Source: Porticoccus sp. | GTDB lineage: Bacteria > Pseudomonadota > Gammaproteobacteria > Pseudomonadales > Porticoccaceae | DNA length: 64,000 nt | Direction: 5' to 3' | Assembly: GCF_965660005.1 (NCBI RefSeq) | Contig: NZ_CBFHYF010000003.1 | Span: 43,062-107,061 of the forward strand | Shown: positions 1-10,358 of the stretch, piece by piece | How the letters are laid out: the number at the start of each line of letters is the position of its first letter | How positions within the stretch are numbered: the first letter of the stretch is position 1 | The notes under the pieces: model-generated | What the model was told of the DNA's origin: nothing | Database searches by the model: none | What the model saw: only the letters and a program-made list of their open reading frames with translations | Made by a program: the position numbers and the translations under genes

Positions 1-277
1 TGGTATTTTCATGGAAGTTTGCAGCAACGGCACCCTTGGACTTGCGGTGCGCATACATGCTGTAAAACATCACGCCAAATACGCCAACTGCGATCACCAC
101 ACAGATCCAAAAAATGATCATGTGAATATCGTAGATTGCGTTGCTCACAGGGGTGACCCCCTTGGGCATGTTCACCGCCCAACGCTGTGCATCATCTGCC
201 AATGCCTTACCAAAAGTGGCCAGGAACATCGCAGGGGCTAGCACTAGCGCGAAAAGCATACGTGCTCTTCTTGACAT
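1..277 (-). CDS. coxB: cytochrome c oxidase subunit II, N-terminal part (gene runs off the left edge of the window)
   Basis: Not in the ORF track because there is no stop in the window. My reverse-strand translation from the ATG at 277 reads MSRRARMLFALVLAPAMFLATFGKALADDAQRWAVNMPKGVTPVSNAIYDIHMIIFWICVVIAVGVFGVMFYSMYAHRKSKGAVAANFHENT. It shows a signal peptide, the first TM helix and the HRKSKG..FHEN stretch typical of aa3-type CoxB. Confidence 0.75.
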   Translation of the reverse strand, partial: MSRRARMLFALVLAPAMFLATFGKALADDAQRWAVNMPKGVTPVSNAIYDIHMIIFWICVVIAVGVFGVMFYSMYAHRKSKGAVAANFHENT

Positions 278-467
278 CGCCCTATCTCCAGTCAATAAGT
301 TATTGTTTCTATTAACGCATTTCATGTTATGAACGCAGGGTAGCTGTTCTGGACACGAAAAACCGGGCGAGTATACCAGATTTTCCCCGCATCGCTCCAG
401 AGTATTCAGCCTAAAGAATTGATGCTGGTTCTGCCAAAATAGCCTATTTAACCGCCCGGGGAACAAA

Positions 468-1787
468 ATGAAATCGTCGCCTAACCAACAAAAAATTTTG
501 GCGATCGCCCTGCCTATGACCCTGGCAAGCATCAGTATCCCGGTTTTGGGCCTCGTCGATACCGCCATTCTCGGTCATCTGGCAAATGCCCGTTTTCTCG
601 CCGCCGTGGCCAGTGGCAGCAGTGTTCTCACCATGCTGTTCTGGTTATTTGTTTTTTTGCGTATGGGCTCCATCGGTCTGACTGCCAGAGCCTGGGGTGC
701 CGGAGACACATCCCGGTGTGTTGAGGTGCTGACTCAGTCACTTGTCGTCGCATCAATTTTCGGAATACTGATGATTCTGTTACGGCAACCCGTTCTCAGT
801 CTCATTCTCGATCTGATCAAACCCTCCGCTGAATCCAGACCCTTGGCCATGGAATACTGTCAGATTCGTATTCTGGCAGCGCCTGCCACCCTGGCTACCT
901 TTTGCGTGATGGGCTGGCTGCTCGGGCTGCAGAGGGCCGGCACCACTCTGCTCCTCATGCTATTCATCAATCTCAGCAATGTTGCTTTTGATTTTCTGTT
1001 CATCGTCGGAATGAAACTAAACAGTGCCGGGGCGGCATGGGCCTCTTTGACTGCGGAATATCTCGGACTGGCGCTCGCACTATTGCTGGTAAAAGCGACT
1101 ATCCGCCAGCTCAAAACACCGATCAGATCAATACAACTGACACAGTGGTCCAGATATCGCGAACTGTTCAGGGCCAACCGTCACCTGTTCGTTCGCACGG
1201 CCTGCCTTGTCTTCATCATGACTTTTTTCACCGCACAGGGGGCACGACAGGGGGATGTCATTCTTTCAGCCAACGCCATCCTGATGCAGCTAATACTGCT
1301 CGTGGCATTTACACAGGATGGGTTTGCCCACGCCGCCGAGTCCCTTGCGGGCCATGCTATCGGCAAGAGAGATCTCAAAGACTTTTACCGTATTTGTCTG
1401 ATTACCACCGTCTGGGGTTTGGTCATCGCCTTGATCGCCACCCTCATTTATGCGTTTTTCCCGGCCATCATTATTGGCGCGATTACGAACCTGCCTGAGG
1501 TTTTGCCTGCGGTGGAAATCTATTGGCCCTGGCTGACAGCCATGCCACTGGTTGGTCTTGTTTGCTTCATGGCCGATGGTATTTTCGTCGGCAGCGGCAA
1601 AACCCGTGCAATGCAGGACAGCATGCTGATAGCAGCTTTTCTGATTTTTTTGCCCTTGTGGTACTTTTCAACTCCACTCGGCAATCATGGGCTGTGGTTG
1701 GCGTATCTGGGTTTTTTAACCGCGCGTAGCGTTCAGATGGCCTGGCTGTTCGCCCGCTACAGTATAGGTGGCCGGTGGATTGTTTAG
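468..1787 (+). CDS. dinF: MATE family efflux transporter (DinF-like)
   Basis: 439-aa polytopic membrane ORF. ALPMTLASISIPVLGLVDTAILGHL and FLRMGSIGLTARAWGAGD closely resemble the E. coli DinF N-terminus. Confidence 0.85.
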   Translation: MKSSPNQQKILAIALPMTLASISIPVLGLVDTAILGHLANARFLAAVASGSSVLTMLFWLFVFLRMGSIGLTARAWGAGDTSRCVEVLTQSLVVASIFGILMILLRQPVLSLILDLIKPSAESRPLAMEYCQIRILAAPATLATFCVMGWLLGLQRAGTTLLLMLFINLSNVAFDFLFIVGMKLNSAGAAWASLTAEYLGLALALLLVKATIRQLKTPIRSIQLTQWSRYRELFRANRHLFVRTACLVFIMTFFTAQGARQGDVILSANAILMQLILLVAFTQDGFAHAAESLAGHAIGKRDLKDFYRICLITTVWGLVIALIATLIYAFFPAIIIGAITNLPEVLPAVEIYWPWLTAMPLVGLVCFMADGIFVGSGKTRAMQDSMLIAAFLIFLPLWYFSTPLGNHGLWLAYLGFLTARSVQMAWLFARYSIGGRWIV

Positions 1788-1875
1788 AAAGCTGATGAAC
1801 CGCATGTACAGAAAGTCCCTGGGCTTATAGCAAGATGTTCTTTGCCTTTTTATTTAGCTCAACTAACTTTTGACT

Positions 1876-2529
1876 ATGGACACTGTAAATATTCGCCAAG
1901 CCATCGCCGCTGCCAAGACACATGAAAGAGCCACCGGACAGCTCGTCACGTTGCTCAAAACCCGCGTCAGCGCAATCCACAAGTCCATTCAACTGCCGTC
2001 CGAGAATATCATTCCAGCGTTGCTCAATTTTATTATTCACTACATAGACCAGGTTCCAGAGTTCATTGATGCTGTCGATGCCATTGCTGATGAGTGCGGG
2101 TTGATCGACTACATGGAACCGGTGATTTCCGCTGCCGGGGAATTTTTCATCAGACCACCGGCGCTGGTGGCTGGTCACGAGGGGCTCAACTCTCTGATGG
2201 GCGAATCCTATCTCGCTCATCGATTGGTCGAAGAGGTCAATGACCGGTTTATCTCGGGGTACAACACGCCATTGGTACCGATGGATATGACTCGTTCAAA
2301 CCTGATTATTCACCACCTGATTGGTGAACCTTTCGCCAATCAACTCGACAGCGCGATTCATCTGATCGTCGATGAACTGCAACAAAAAGATCTGGTATTT
2401 GTCCCCGAGGCATGCAGGGAGGATCGCAGCAGCCGATGGGCAAGTGATCTTCAGCGGTGGCCCTGCCTGATCGATAATTTGTCGGTAAATCTGCTATTCA
2501 ACGGATCGGGGCAATTGTTGATCCACTGA
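1876..2529 (+). CDS. hypothetical protein (no family recognised)
   Basis: Longest ORF in this interval. The track starts it at TTG 1870; an ATG lies at 1876. It is soluble and acidic with no motif I recognise. The competing antisense ORF 1825..2220 is shorter. Confidence 0.55.
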   Translation: MDTVNIRQAIAAAKTHERATGQLVTLLKTRVSAIHKSIQLPSENIIPALLNFIIHYIDQVPEFIDAVDAIADECGLIDYMEPVISAAGEFFIRPPALVAGHEGLNSLMGESYLAHRLVEEVNDRFISGYNTPLVPMDMTRSNLIIHHLIGEPFANQLDSAIHLIVDELQQKDLVFVPEACREDRSSRWASDLQRWPCLIDNLSVNLLFNGSGQLLIH

Positions 2530-2544
2530 TGTCGGCGGACACCA

Positions 2545-2784
2545 TCATTTTTTGGGATCCACGAGCTTCACCGCTTGAACGTCAACCCGCCTTTCCTCCG
2601 GGGAGAGATTAACCCGGGTCTCCAGCTCTCGGGGAGTGCTCTGCAAAAACATCTGCTCCCGAAAATCACAGCTGACACAAGCCCTGAAATCCTTGCCATC
2701 CTCATTAAAAACCACCAGTTTATCCATCTGGTTGCAGCGCGGGCAGACAGCCCCTGCAATAAAACGCTTATCAGCTTTAAACAT
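2545..2784 (-). CDS. yheV: YheV family putative zinc-ribbon protein
   Basis: 79 aa. KRFIAGAVCPRCNQMD...ACVSCDF gives the two CxxC pairs and the RFIAGA start seen in E. coli YheV. Confidence 0.75.
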   Translation of the reverse strand: MFKADKRFIAGAVCPRCNQMDKLVVFNEDGKDFRACVSCDFREQMFLQSTPRELETRVNLSPEERRVDVQAVKLVDPKK

Positions 2785-2903
2785 CAGTGAAAGGCCTTCG
2801 GGTCGGTGACAAGTAAAAAATTTGCCAAGTCGCTACAACGGCTATAAGCCAGCCATCTGGCAACGTATTATATCGTTGTAGACCATTACCCAGCACAGGA
2901 ATC

Positions 2904-3473
2904 ATGATGACAGAGAACATTCGCGCATATAAAGGTGTTACACCCACCCTGGGTGAACGAGTTTACATTGATCCGGCAGCGACCGTGATCGGCAATGTCA
3001 CCCTCGGCGACGACGTCTCTGTCTGGCCCGGGGCTGTGATTCGCGGCGACATGCACCGCATTGCCGTTGGTCGTCGCTCAAATATTCAGGATACCGCCGT
3101 ATTACATATTACGCATGCAAGCGACTTCAACCCCGGTGGCTGGCCACTGACTATCGGCGAAAACGTGATTGTCGGTCACGGCGCTATTCTGCATGGCTGT
3201 ACCTTGGGCAACCATATTCTGGTGGGCAATGGCGCCATCATCAATGATGGCGCCGTGGTAGAGGATGAAGTGATTATCGGCGCCGGGACAGTGGTGCCAC
3301 CGGGGAAGCACCTGGAAAGCGGCAACCTCTACGTGGGCAACCCCTGCCGGTTACTGAGACCAGTCTCTAACGAAGAGCGGGCATTCTTTTCCTATTCACC
3401 AGGCAACTACGTCAAGCTTAAAGACCAATATCTCGCCGAACAGGCTATTGACTGGCGAAATGATGCCGAATAA
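2904..3473 (+). CDS. yrdA: gamma-carbonic-anhydrase-like hexapeptide-repeat protein (YrdA family)
   Basis: 189 aa, collinear with E. coli YrdA (VWPGAVIRGDMHRIAVGRRSNIQD, LHGCTLGN, NYVKLKDQYL). Confidence 0.85.
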   Translation: MMTENIRAYKGVTPTLGERVYIDPAATVIGNVTLGDDVSVWPGAVIRGDMHRIAVGRRSNIQDTAVLHITHASDFNPGGWPLTIGENVIVGHGAILHGCTLGNHILVGNGAIINDGAVVEDEVIIGAGTVVPPGKHLESGNLYVGNPCRLLRPVSNEERAFFSYSPGNYVKLKDQYLAEQAIDWRNDAE

Positions 3474-3512
3474 AGCCCTGGAAATGAATTTTTCAGGCAT
3501 CTGAAAACAAAC

Positions 3513-4340
3513 CTAGTCCATCAGGGACTGACGGATTCCGGCAATAACCGGTGCAGTGTTTGGGCTCACTCCGCGCCACAGCCGAAAAGACTCTGCCGCC
3601 TGTTCGACCAACATGCCCAGCCCATCGGCAACGCTGGCGGCACCCTGTTGTTTGGCCCAGACTAAAAATACCGTTGGCTGCGCAGCGTACATCATGTCGT
3701 AGCAACAGGCCTGAGCTGCCAATAGTCCATCGGGGAGAGGCGGCAGCTGTGCAGCAAGACTGGCACTGGTGCCATTGATGATTAGGTCGAACTGCTGACC
3801 TTTGAGCATTGCATAGTCACAACCGAGCAAATAGCCCATTTCCGCAAAACCTTTGGCCAGCTGTAATGCCTTGCTGAGCGTTCGATTGGCTATGACGACA
3901 TGCTGCGGCAATTGCACCAGCAAAGGCTCAAGGATACCTCTTACTGCGCCACCAGCCCCCAAAATCAGGACTTTCTTACCTTTTATTTGCCAGCCGAGGT
4001 TTGCAAGCATGTCCCTGACCATACCGATGCCATCGGTGTTGTCCCCCAATATCGTGCCATCATCCTGCATGGCCAGGGTGTTCACCGCACCCGCATAGCG
4101 CGCGCGCGCCGTCAGTCTCGCAGCGTAACTGTAGGCCTCCTGCTTGAACGGCACAGTGATATTGAGACCCTTGCCACCTTCCGCAAAAAAGGTATCAGCT
4201 GCGTGATCAAACTTGTCCAACTCAACCAATTGTTTGCTGTACTCAATCGCTTCACCTGTTTGAACAGCAAAAGCCTGGTGAATAAGCGGCGACTTGCTGT
4301 GCTCCACAGGATTGCCAAAAACGGCGTATCGATCAGTCAT
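3513..4340 (-). CDS. aroE: shikimate dehydrogenase
   Basis: MTDRYAVFGNPVEHSKSPLIHQAF is the classic AroE N-terminus. ATG 4340 is preferred over the track start 4352 by alignment with Pseudomonas and E. coli AroE. Syntenic with hemF. Confidence 0.95.
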   Translation of the reverse strand: MTDRYAVFGNPVEHSKSPLIHQAFAVQTGEAIEYSKQLVELDKFDHAADTFFAEGGKGLNITVPFKQEAYSYAARLTARARYAGAVNTLAMQDDGTILGDNTDGIGMVRDMLANLGWQIKGKKVLILGAGGAVRGILEPLLVQLPQHVVIANRTLSKALQLAKGFAEMGYLLGCDYAMLKGQQFDLIINGTSASLAAQLPPLPDGLLAAQACCYDMMYAAQPTVFLVWAKQQGAASVADGLGMLVEQAAESFRLWRGVSPNTAPVIAGIRQSLMD

Positions 4341-4363
4341 GCTGTATTCCATTTGTTAGCGGA

Positions 4364-5281
<918 letters not shown>

Positions 5282-5357
5282 TTATGTGGCGAAAAAGCAC
5301 TAATTGATTTGCCGGTACGTCGCTGACAACCTACCAACAAACCAGAAGCCGGAAGTA

Positions 5358-5915
5358 TCAGCTGTGCCGAACCACTTCTCCGGTTATCAGGTTTTTGATC
5401 GGGGTCGGTGATTTCAGACCACCGAGAAAACCCGGCAGCACATAATCAAGCTGGCCATGAAAATAAAGATTCAGCTTTAACAAAGACATGGCTGGCCTTA
5501 GACCATGCGGGTTGGCCGATGTCGAGATCAGTGGCCCCCCGTAAGCACGACAAAGTGCTGCGGCCACGGGATGGTCTGTGACACGAAGCGCCAACGTCTC
5601 TCTGCCACCGGTAACCCAGTTTGGTGCATAACCATTATTGGGGACCAGCCAGGTCTGCGGCCCGGGCCAGCTGGCCGCGAGTCGCCGACGATCGGACGCC
5701 GGGATCCCGGCCAAAAAAGATTCCAGCTGTATCATGGAGGCGGCAACCAGGATCAGCCCCATATCCCGCCGGCGTTTTTTAAGTGCCAACAGTCGCATCA
5801 CGGTTGCCTCTGCAAACGGATCGCAACCAAGCCCCCATACGGCCTCAGTGGGATAAGCAATCAATCCACCACTACGAAGGAAATCCACCGCCCTGGCTAC
5901 ACGAATAGTGCTCAC
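5358..5915 (-). CDS. tsaC: L-threonylcarbamoyladenylate synthase type 1
   Basis: 185 aa. GGLIAYPTEAVWGLGCDP and SANPHG motifs of YrdC/TsaC. Same position as Pseudomonas PA0022. Confidence 0.9.
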   Translation of the reverse strand: MSTIRVARAVDFLRSGGLIAYPTEAVWGLGCDPFAEATVMRLLALKKRRRDMGLILVAASMIQLESFLAGIPASDRRRLAASWPGPQTWLVPNNGYAPNWVTGGRETLALRVTDHPVAAALCRAYGGPLISTSANPHGLRPAMSLLKLNLYFHGQLDYVLPGFLGGLKSPTPIKNLITGEVVRHS

Positions 5916-5926
5916 GGGAAACTGCT

Positions 5927-6433
5927 TCAGAGGCTTTTCAGCTTCTCCTGTAAGGCCGCGTCTTTTTCCAGAATGGCTCGGGCATTGGCTGCTCGTTCTT
6001 CCAGCAGTTTCTGATGCAGCGAACCATCACTGACACCTATTATCTGGGCTGCCAGATAGGCTGCATTCTTTGCCCCTGCCTTGCCGATAGCCACGGTTGC
6101 AACAGGAATTCCACCGGGCATTTGCACCGTTGAGAGCAGCGCATCAAGACCGTCCAGTGAGGAATTGATAGGCACACCAATCACGGGTTTCAGGGTATTG
6201 GCTGCAACCGCACCCGCCAGATGTGCTGCCATTCCTGCGGCACAAATAAAGGCTGCGCAACCCCGCTGATCCGCATCCTTCACATAGCGGTGCGTTGCCT
6301 CGGGTGTTCGATGCGCCGACAGGACTTTAACTTCGAAGGGCACCTCGAACTTTTTGAGCACTTCGAAACTGGCTTCCATGATCGGCAGATCCGAATCCGA
6401 ACCCATCAGTATGACAATAAAGGGTTTGTTCAT
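5927..6433 (-). CDS. purE: 5-(carboxyamino)imidazole ribonucleotide mutase
   Basis: 168 aa. [17 protein letters not shown] and AGMAAHLAG motifs of PurE. Confidence 0.92.
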   Translation of the reverse strand: MNKPFIVILMGSDSDLPIMEASFEVLKKFEVPFEVKVLSAHRTPEATHRYVKDADQRGCAAFICAAGMAAHLAGAVAANTLKPVIGVPINSSLDGLDALLSTVQMPGGIPVATVAIGKAGAKNAAYLAAQIIGVSDGSLHQKLLEERAANARAILEKDAALQEKLKSL

Positions 6434-6535
6434 TTTTTAATCCCCCTGTAAAACGCGGCAGGCTACCGGAACCTGGGCGGTTTCGCAATAAAATCCGCCT
6501 TCTAACAGGCTGATTTATCACTCATCACCGCCGTA

Positions 6536-7678
6536 TCAGGGCAACCGCTGGTAAGTTCCCTGTCCGGCCGCAATAGTGCCTTCGAGTTCCAGCAACAGCA
6601 GCTCCTGCGTCAATGCATTTACAGGCATGGCCGTAAGCTGCACAAGCACATCGATATCAACCGGGTCGAATCCCATTGCCTCCAGCAGGAGATGCCTCAT
6701 CTCTGACAATGGTTGCCGGTCTGTTTCAATATTTGGCGTTATATAGGCCAGCAGACCACCCAATTGCTCTACAACATCCGCTGCTGATTCTACCAAAGTG
6801 GCGCCCTGTTTGAGCAACTGATGGGGGCCTTTGCTGAAGGCACTATGGATAGAGCCGGGAATGGCAAATACTTCACGTCCCTGCTCCAGGCCATACCGGG
6901 CAGTGATTAACGACCCACTTTTCAATGCTGCCTCAACCACCAGAATACCCAGACTCAAGCCACTGATTATCCGGTTGCGGCGGGGGAAATTGCCCCGCAG
7001 GGGTGGCGTTTCAGGCAAAAACTCACTGACGATCGCACCCCCTTGATCAATTATCCGCCGATACAGATCAGCATGCCGACGAGGGTAGATCACATCTGGG
7101 CCGGCACCCAGCACGGTGATGGTTTTACCCGTTTTCAGGGCACCGTCGTGGGCCGCACCATCAATACCCAGTGCCATGCCACTGGTAACCACAAAGCCAC
7201 TGGCCGCCAGTGCGGTGGCAAAAGCCCGGGCATTATCAAGTCCACCAGGACTGGCATTGCGGCTACCGACAATGGCAATTTGTGGCATGGACAGCAGTTG
7301 CGCATCACCTCGAACAAACAACAGGGGTGGAGGAACACTCAGCTCCTGCAATAGGGGAGGATAATCCGAATCCAACAAATTGAGGCAGGTAACATGATTT
7401 TGTCGGCACCAAGCCAATACTTTCTCTGCCCGATCCTCCAGCTCCGCTCGCCGGTTACGGTATTTTCCGAACAACTTTCCCAACCGACTGGTGGGCTGAG
7501 AGGAAAAATAATCTTCTGCCTGAGAAACTGCCTCGACAAATGAGCCGGATGATCGACACAACCTGACAATATCCGCAGGTGAGCCTCCGTCGAGAAAAGC
7601 CATGACAAGTGCTGCTTTGGACTCCCTGTCCATAGAATTGGTACTCCCTTGTACCCGTTTGATGTCCCTTGTCCACAA
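6536..7678 (-). CDS. dprA: DNA-processing protein DprA (Smf)
   Basis: 380 aa. IAIVGSRNASPGG, GMALGIDGAAH and FPRRNRIISGLS are DprA Rossmann-domain motifs. The start is uncertain; an internal ATG at 7633 is possible. Confidence 0.9.
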   Translation of the reverse strand: MWTRDIKRVQGSTNSMDRESKAALVMAFLDGGSPADIVRLCRSSGSFVEAVSQAEDYFSSQPTSRLGKLFGKYRNRRAELEDRAEKVLAWCRQNHVTCLNLLDSDYPPLLQELSVPPPLLFVRGDAQLLSMPQIAIVGSRNASPGGLDNARAFATALAASGFVVTSGMALGIDGAAHDGALKTGKTITVLGAGPDVIYPRRHADLYRRIIDQGGAIVSEFLPETPPLRGNFPRRNRIISGLSLGILVVEAALKSGSLITARYGLEQGREVFAIPGSIHSAFSKGPHQLLKQGATLVESAADVVEQLGGLLAYITPNIETDRQPLSEMRHLLLEAMGFDPVDIDVLVQLTAMPVNALTQELLLLELEGTIAAGQGTYQRLP

Positions 7679-7718
7679 AAAACGCCGACAGGTGTCGGCG
7701 TTTCAGCTGTTCTGGTAC

Positions 7719-8741
7719 CTAGGGGTTTTTGACAATATCATCCACCGCCAGAGGACGTTCAGCCTTTATCACCAGACCGTAGCTCATTTTTTCAAACGCA
7801 CGGAAGATCATCAATAAACCGGCCTGCTCATTCGGCAGGTCTATTTTTTCCTTGGCGATATAATCGGTTACTTTTTCACCGCGCTTGAAAATGGCCAGGA
7901 TATTTCCCGCTTCGAGACCTTCCCGCTCACCTCGGTTAATTGATACCACATCGAGATGACCGATCTGTGTGATACCGCCCTCAACCGCCATGATCACACC
8001 CTCTACCGCAGTCTCGGGAGCACTCGGGTAAAAAATGGAATTCAGCGGTCGCTCTTCATGGGGTAACAGCCGCTCCCCGATACGCACTTCCTCCAGAGAT
8101 CGGGTCGCCAGCATGGTCGCAATATCATCGGCCACTCTTTGCACCTTGGCTGACCCCACGTCCTGCGCGCGTATACCCAATATTTCCTGGGTCTGCGGAT
8201 CGAGGTAGGGTGCACCAATCCGGTACAGACCATAGGCCGGCGTCTCGTCAAACTGACCGCGGGCGTAGAACGTATCTCCAGACCCAGAGAGCAGCTTTTT
8301 CTCATGACCGGCCACCACATACGGAGCTGCGTCGATTTCTTCCTGGGTTACTATCCGGTTCCGAGTCAGAAAACTGTTGATGATATCCAGCGGCAGTGCC
8401 GGAATCGCCTCGGACTCGGGTACCACCTTTACTTCAGGAGAAAGTCTTACCAGCCGGTCGCGCTTTTCCAGCATCAGACGGGGACGACCATCGATATAAA
8501 CCATGGAAATTATGTCACCGGGGTAAATCAGATGGGGGTTGGCAATCTGCGGGTTGGCATACCAGATTTCAGGCCACAACCAGGGATCCCGCAGATACAG
8601 GTCAGAGATGTCCCACAATGTATCGCCTTTCTTGACGGTATATTTTTCAGGAACATTCTCATTAAAGGGTGCCTCTGCAGCAATGGCGGCAATTGCAATA
8701 GCGCAAGCAGCTACTATTATCCCCAACAATGTTTTTTTCAT
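7719..8741 (-). CDS. LysM peptidoglycan-binding protein, TsaP-like (same position as Pseudomonas PA0020)
   Basis: 340 aa. Signal peptide, then a LysM block (YTVKKGDTLWDISDLYLRDPWLWPEIW). Sits between dprA and def as in pseudomonads. Confidence 0.8.
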   Translation of the reverse strand: MKKTLLGIIVAACAIAIAAIAAEAPFNENVPEKYTVKKGDTLWDISDLYLRDPWLWPEIWYANPQIANPHLIYPGDIISMVYIDGRPRLMLEKRDRLVRLSPEVKVVPESEAIPALPLDIINSFLTRNRIVTQEEIDAAPYVVAGHEKKLLSGSGDTFYARGQFDETPAYGLYRIGAPYLDPQTQEILGIRAQDVGSAKVQRVADDIATMLATRSLEEVRIGERLLPHEERPLNSIFYPSAPETAVEGVIMAVEGGITQIGHLDVVSINRGEREGLEAGNILAIFKRGEKVTDYIAKEKIDLPNEQAGLLMIFRAFEKMSYGLVIKAERPLAVDDIVKNP

Positions 8742-8876
8742 CTTATGGCCGTCCTGTGTGCTATATCCGGATTATGTGTATACTTCTCACCCGACAGTAT
8801 TAACTGATAATACCGCTCCATTGGCCTTATGTTAGCAGTGGTTTACGCCAGATTGCTAGAAACTCGTCACAAACAA

Positions 8877-9383
8877 ATGTCAATACTCAACATCCTTGAA
8901 TTCCCTGACCCTCGCTTGCGCATCAGAGCTGCACCGGTCTCAGAAATCGATCAAGGCACCAGGTCACTGGTGGACGATATGCTGGAGACGATGTATCAGG
9001 CTAACGGGATCGGCCTCGCCGCTACCCAGGTCAATGTCGATAAACGAATTGTGGTCATGGATTTGTCAGATGATGGTGATCAGCCGATCGTCATGATCAA
9101 CCCACAAATAGAAGTGCTCGACAATGCCATTTGCCCCCATCCGGAAGGCTGCCTCTCAGTACCCGGCTTTTATGAGACCATCCAGCGACCAGAGCATATT
9201 CGCCTCAGAGCACTGGACCGGGAAGGGCAACCCTATATGCTCGAGCCGGAGGGGCTGCTGGCAGTCTGTATTCAGCACGAAATTGATCACCTCGACGGCA
9301 AACTTTTCGTGGATTACCTGTCTCCTATCAAGCGGCAACGAATCCGGCAAAAACTGGAAAAGCTCCACCGTCAACAAGACTGA
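8877..9383 (+). CDS. def: peptide deformylase
   Basis: [15 protein letters not shown] start and the [14 protein letters not shown] and HEIDHL motifs. ATG 8877 is chosen over the upstream track start 8829. Confidence 0.95.
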   Translation: MSILNILEFPDPRLRIRAAPVSEIDQGTRSLVDDMLETMYQANGIGLAATQVNVDKRIVVMDLSDDGDQPIVMINPQIEVLDNAICPHPEGCLSVPGFYETIQRPEHIRLRALDREGQPYMLEPEGLLAVCIQHEIDHLDGKLFVDYLSPIKRQRIRQKLEKLHRQQD

Positions 9384-9413
9384 CACCGCCAGATCAACCC
9401 CGAGGATAGTTCT

Positions 9414-10358
9414 TTGCGCATCGTATTTGCTGGCACTCCGCAATTTGCGGCATCACATCTTCAGGTACTGCTGGATTGCCCCTCCCATCGGGTGGTCGCC
9501 GTATTCACGCAACCTGATCGGCCGGCCGGACGCGGCAAAAAACTCACGGCCAGCCCGGTTAAATTGCTGGCTGTGGACCACCAAATACCCGTTCATCAGC
9601 CAGTTGGCCTGAAAGCTGCTGACGAGCAGCAAATTCTGGCTAATTATAACGCCGACATCATGGTGGTTGTAGCCTATGGTCTGCTACTGCCAAAGGCCGT
9701 GCTGGCTATTCCCAGGCATGGCTGCATCAATGTCCACGCCTCTCTGTTACCCCGCTGGCGAGGTGCTGCCCCCATTCAGCGTGCCATCGAAGCAGGAGAT
9801 ACCGAAACGGGCATCACCATCATGCAGATGGACGAAGGACTGGATACCGGTGATATGCTTCTAAAAGCCCACTGCGTCGTTGAAGCGGAGGACAATGCCG
9901 GCACCCTGCATGACAGACTGGCCAATATAGGCCCCGGCGCCTTGCTCGCAGCCCTCAACCAGATTGAACAGGGTAGTGCTGTGGCTGAGAAGCAGGATAA
10001 CGGGCAGAGCAATTACGCACCAAAAATCACCAAGCAAGAAGCCCTGATCAACTGGCATGAACCCGCTAAAACGCTGGCGTTGAAAATTCGCGCTTTTAAC
10101 CCTTATCCAATTTGTTACAGCACGCTCTCGGGAGAGCGCATCCGTATCTGGAAAGGGAGTGCGGCGCCAAGTCAAGATCAAAATGTGATACCGGGTACGA
10201 TCATTCACGCTGATAAATCCGGTATTCTGGTACAGGCAGGGGCGGGCTGCCTGTTAATCACAGTACTGCAATTCCCCGGCAAGAAGCCGCTCCAGGCCGG
10301 GGAAATACTCAACGCCCACGCGGACCTGTTTGCACCGGGCTCGGTGATGGGCACATGA
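9414..10358 (+). CDS. fmt: methionyl-tRNA formyltransferase
   Basis: (L)RIVFAGTPQFAA, SLLPRWRGAAPIQ. TTG start at 9414, preceded by GAGGA at 9402-9406. Confidence 0.95.
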   Translation: MRIVFAGTPQFAASHLQVLLDCPSHRVVAVFTQPDRPAGRGKKLTASPVKLLAVDHQIPVHQPVGLKAADEQQILANYNADIMVVVAYGLLLPKAVLAIPRHGCINVHASLLPRWRGAAPIQRAIEAGDTETGITIMQMDEGLDTGDMLLKAHCVVEAEDNAGTLHDRLANIGPGALLAALNQIEQGSAVAEKQDNGQSNYAPKITKQEALINWHEPAKTLALKIRAFNPYPICYSTLSGERIRIWKGSAAPSQDQNVIPGTIIHADKSGILVQAGAGCLLITVLQFPGKKPLQAGEILNAHADLFAPGSVMGT

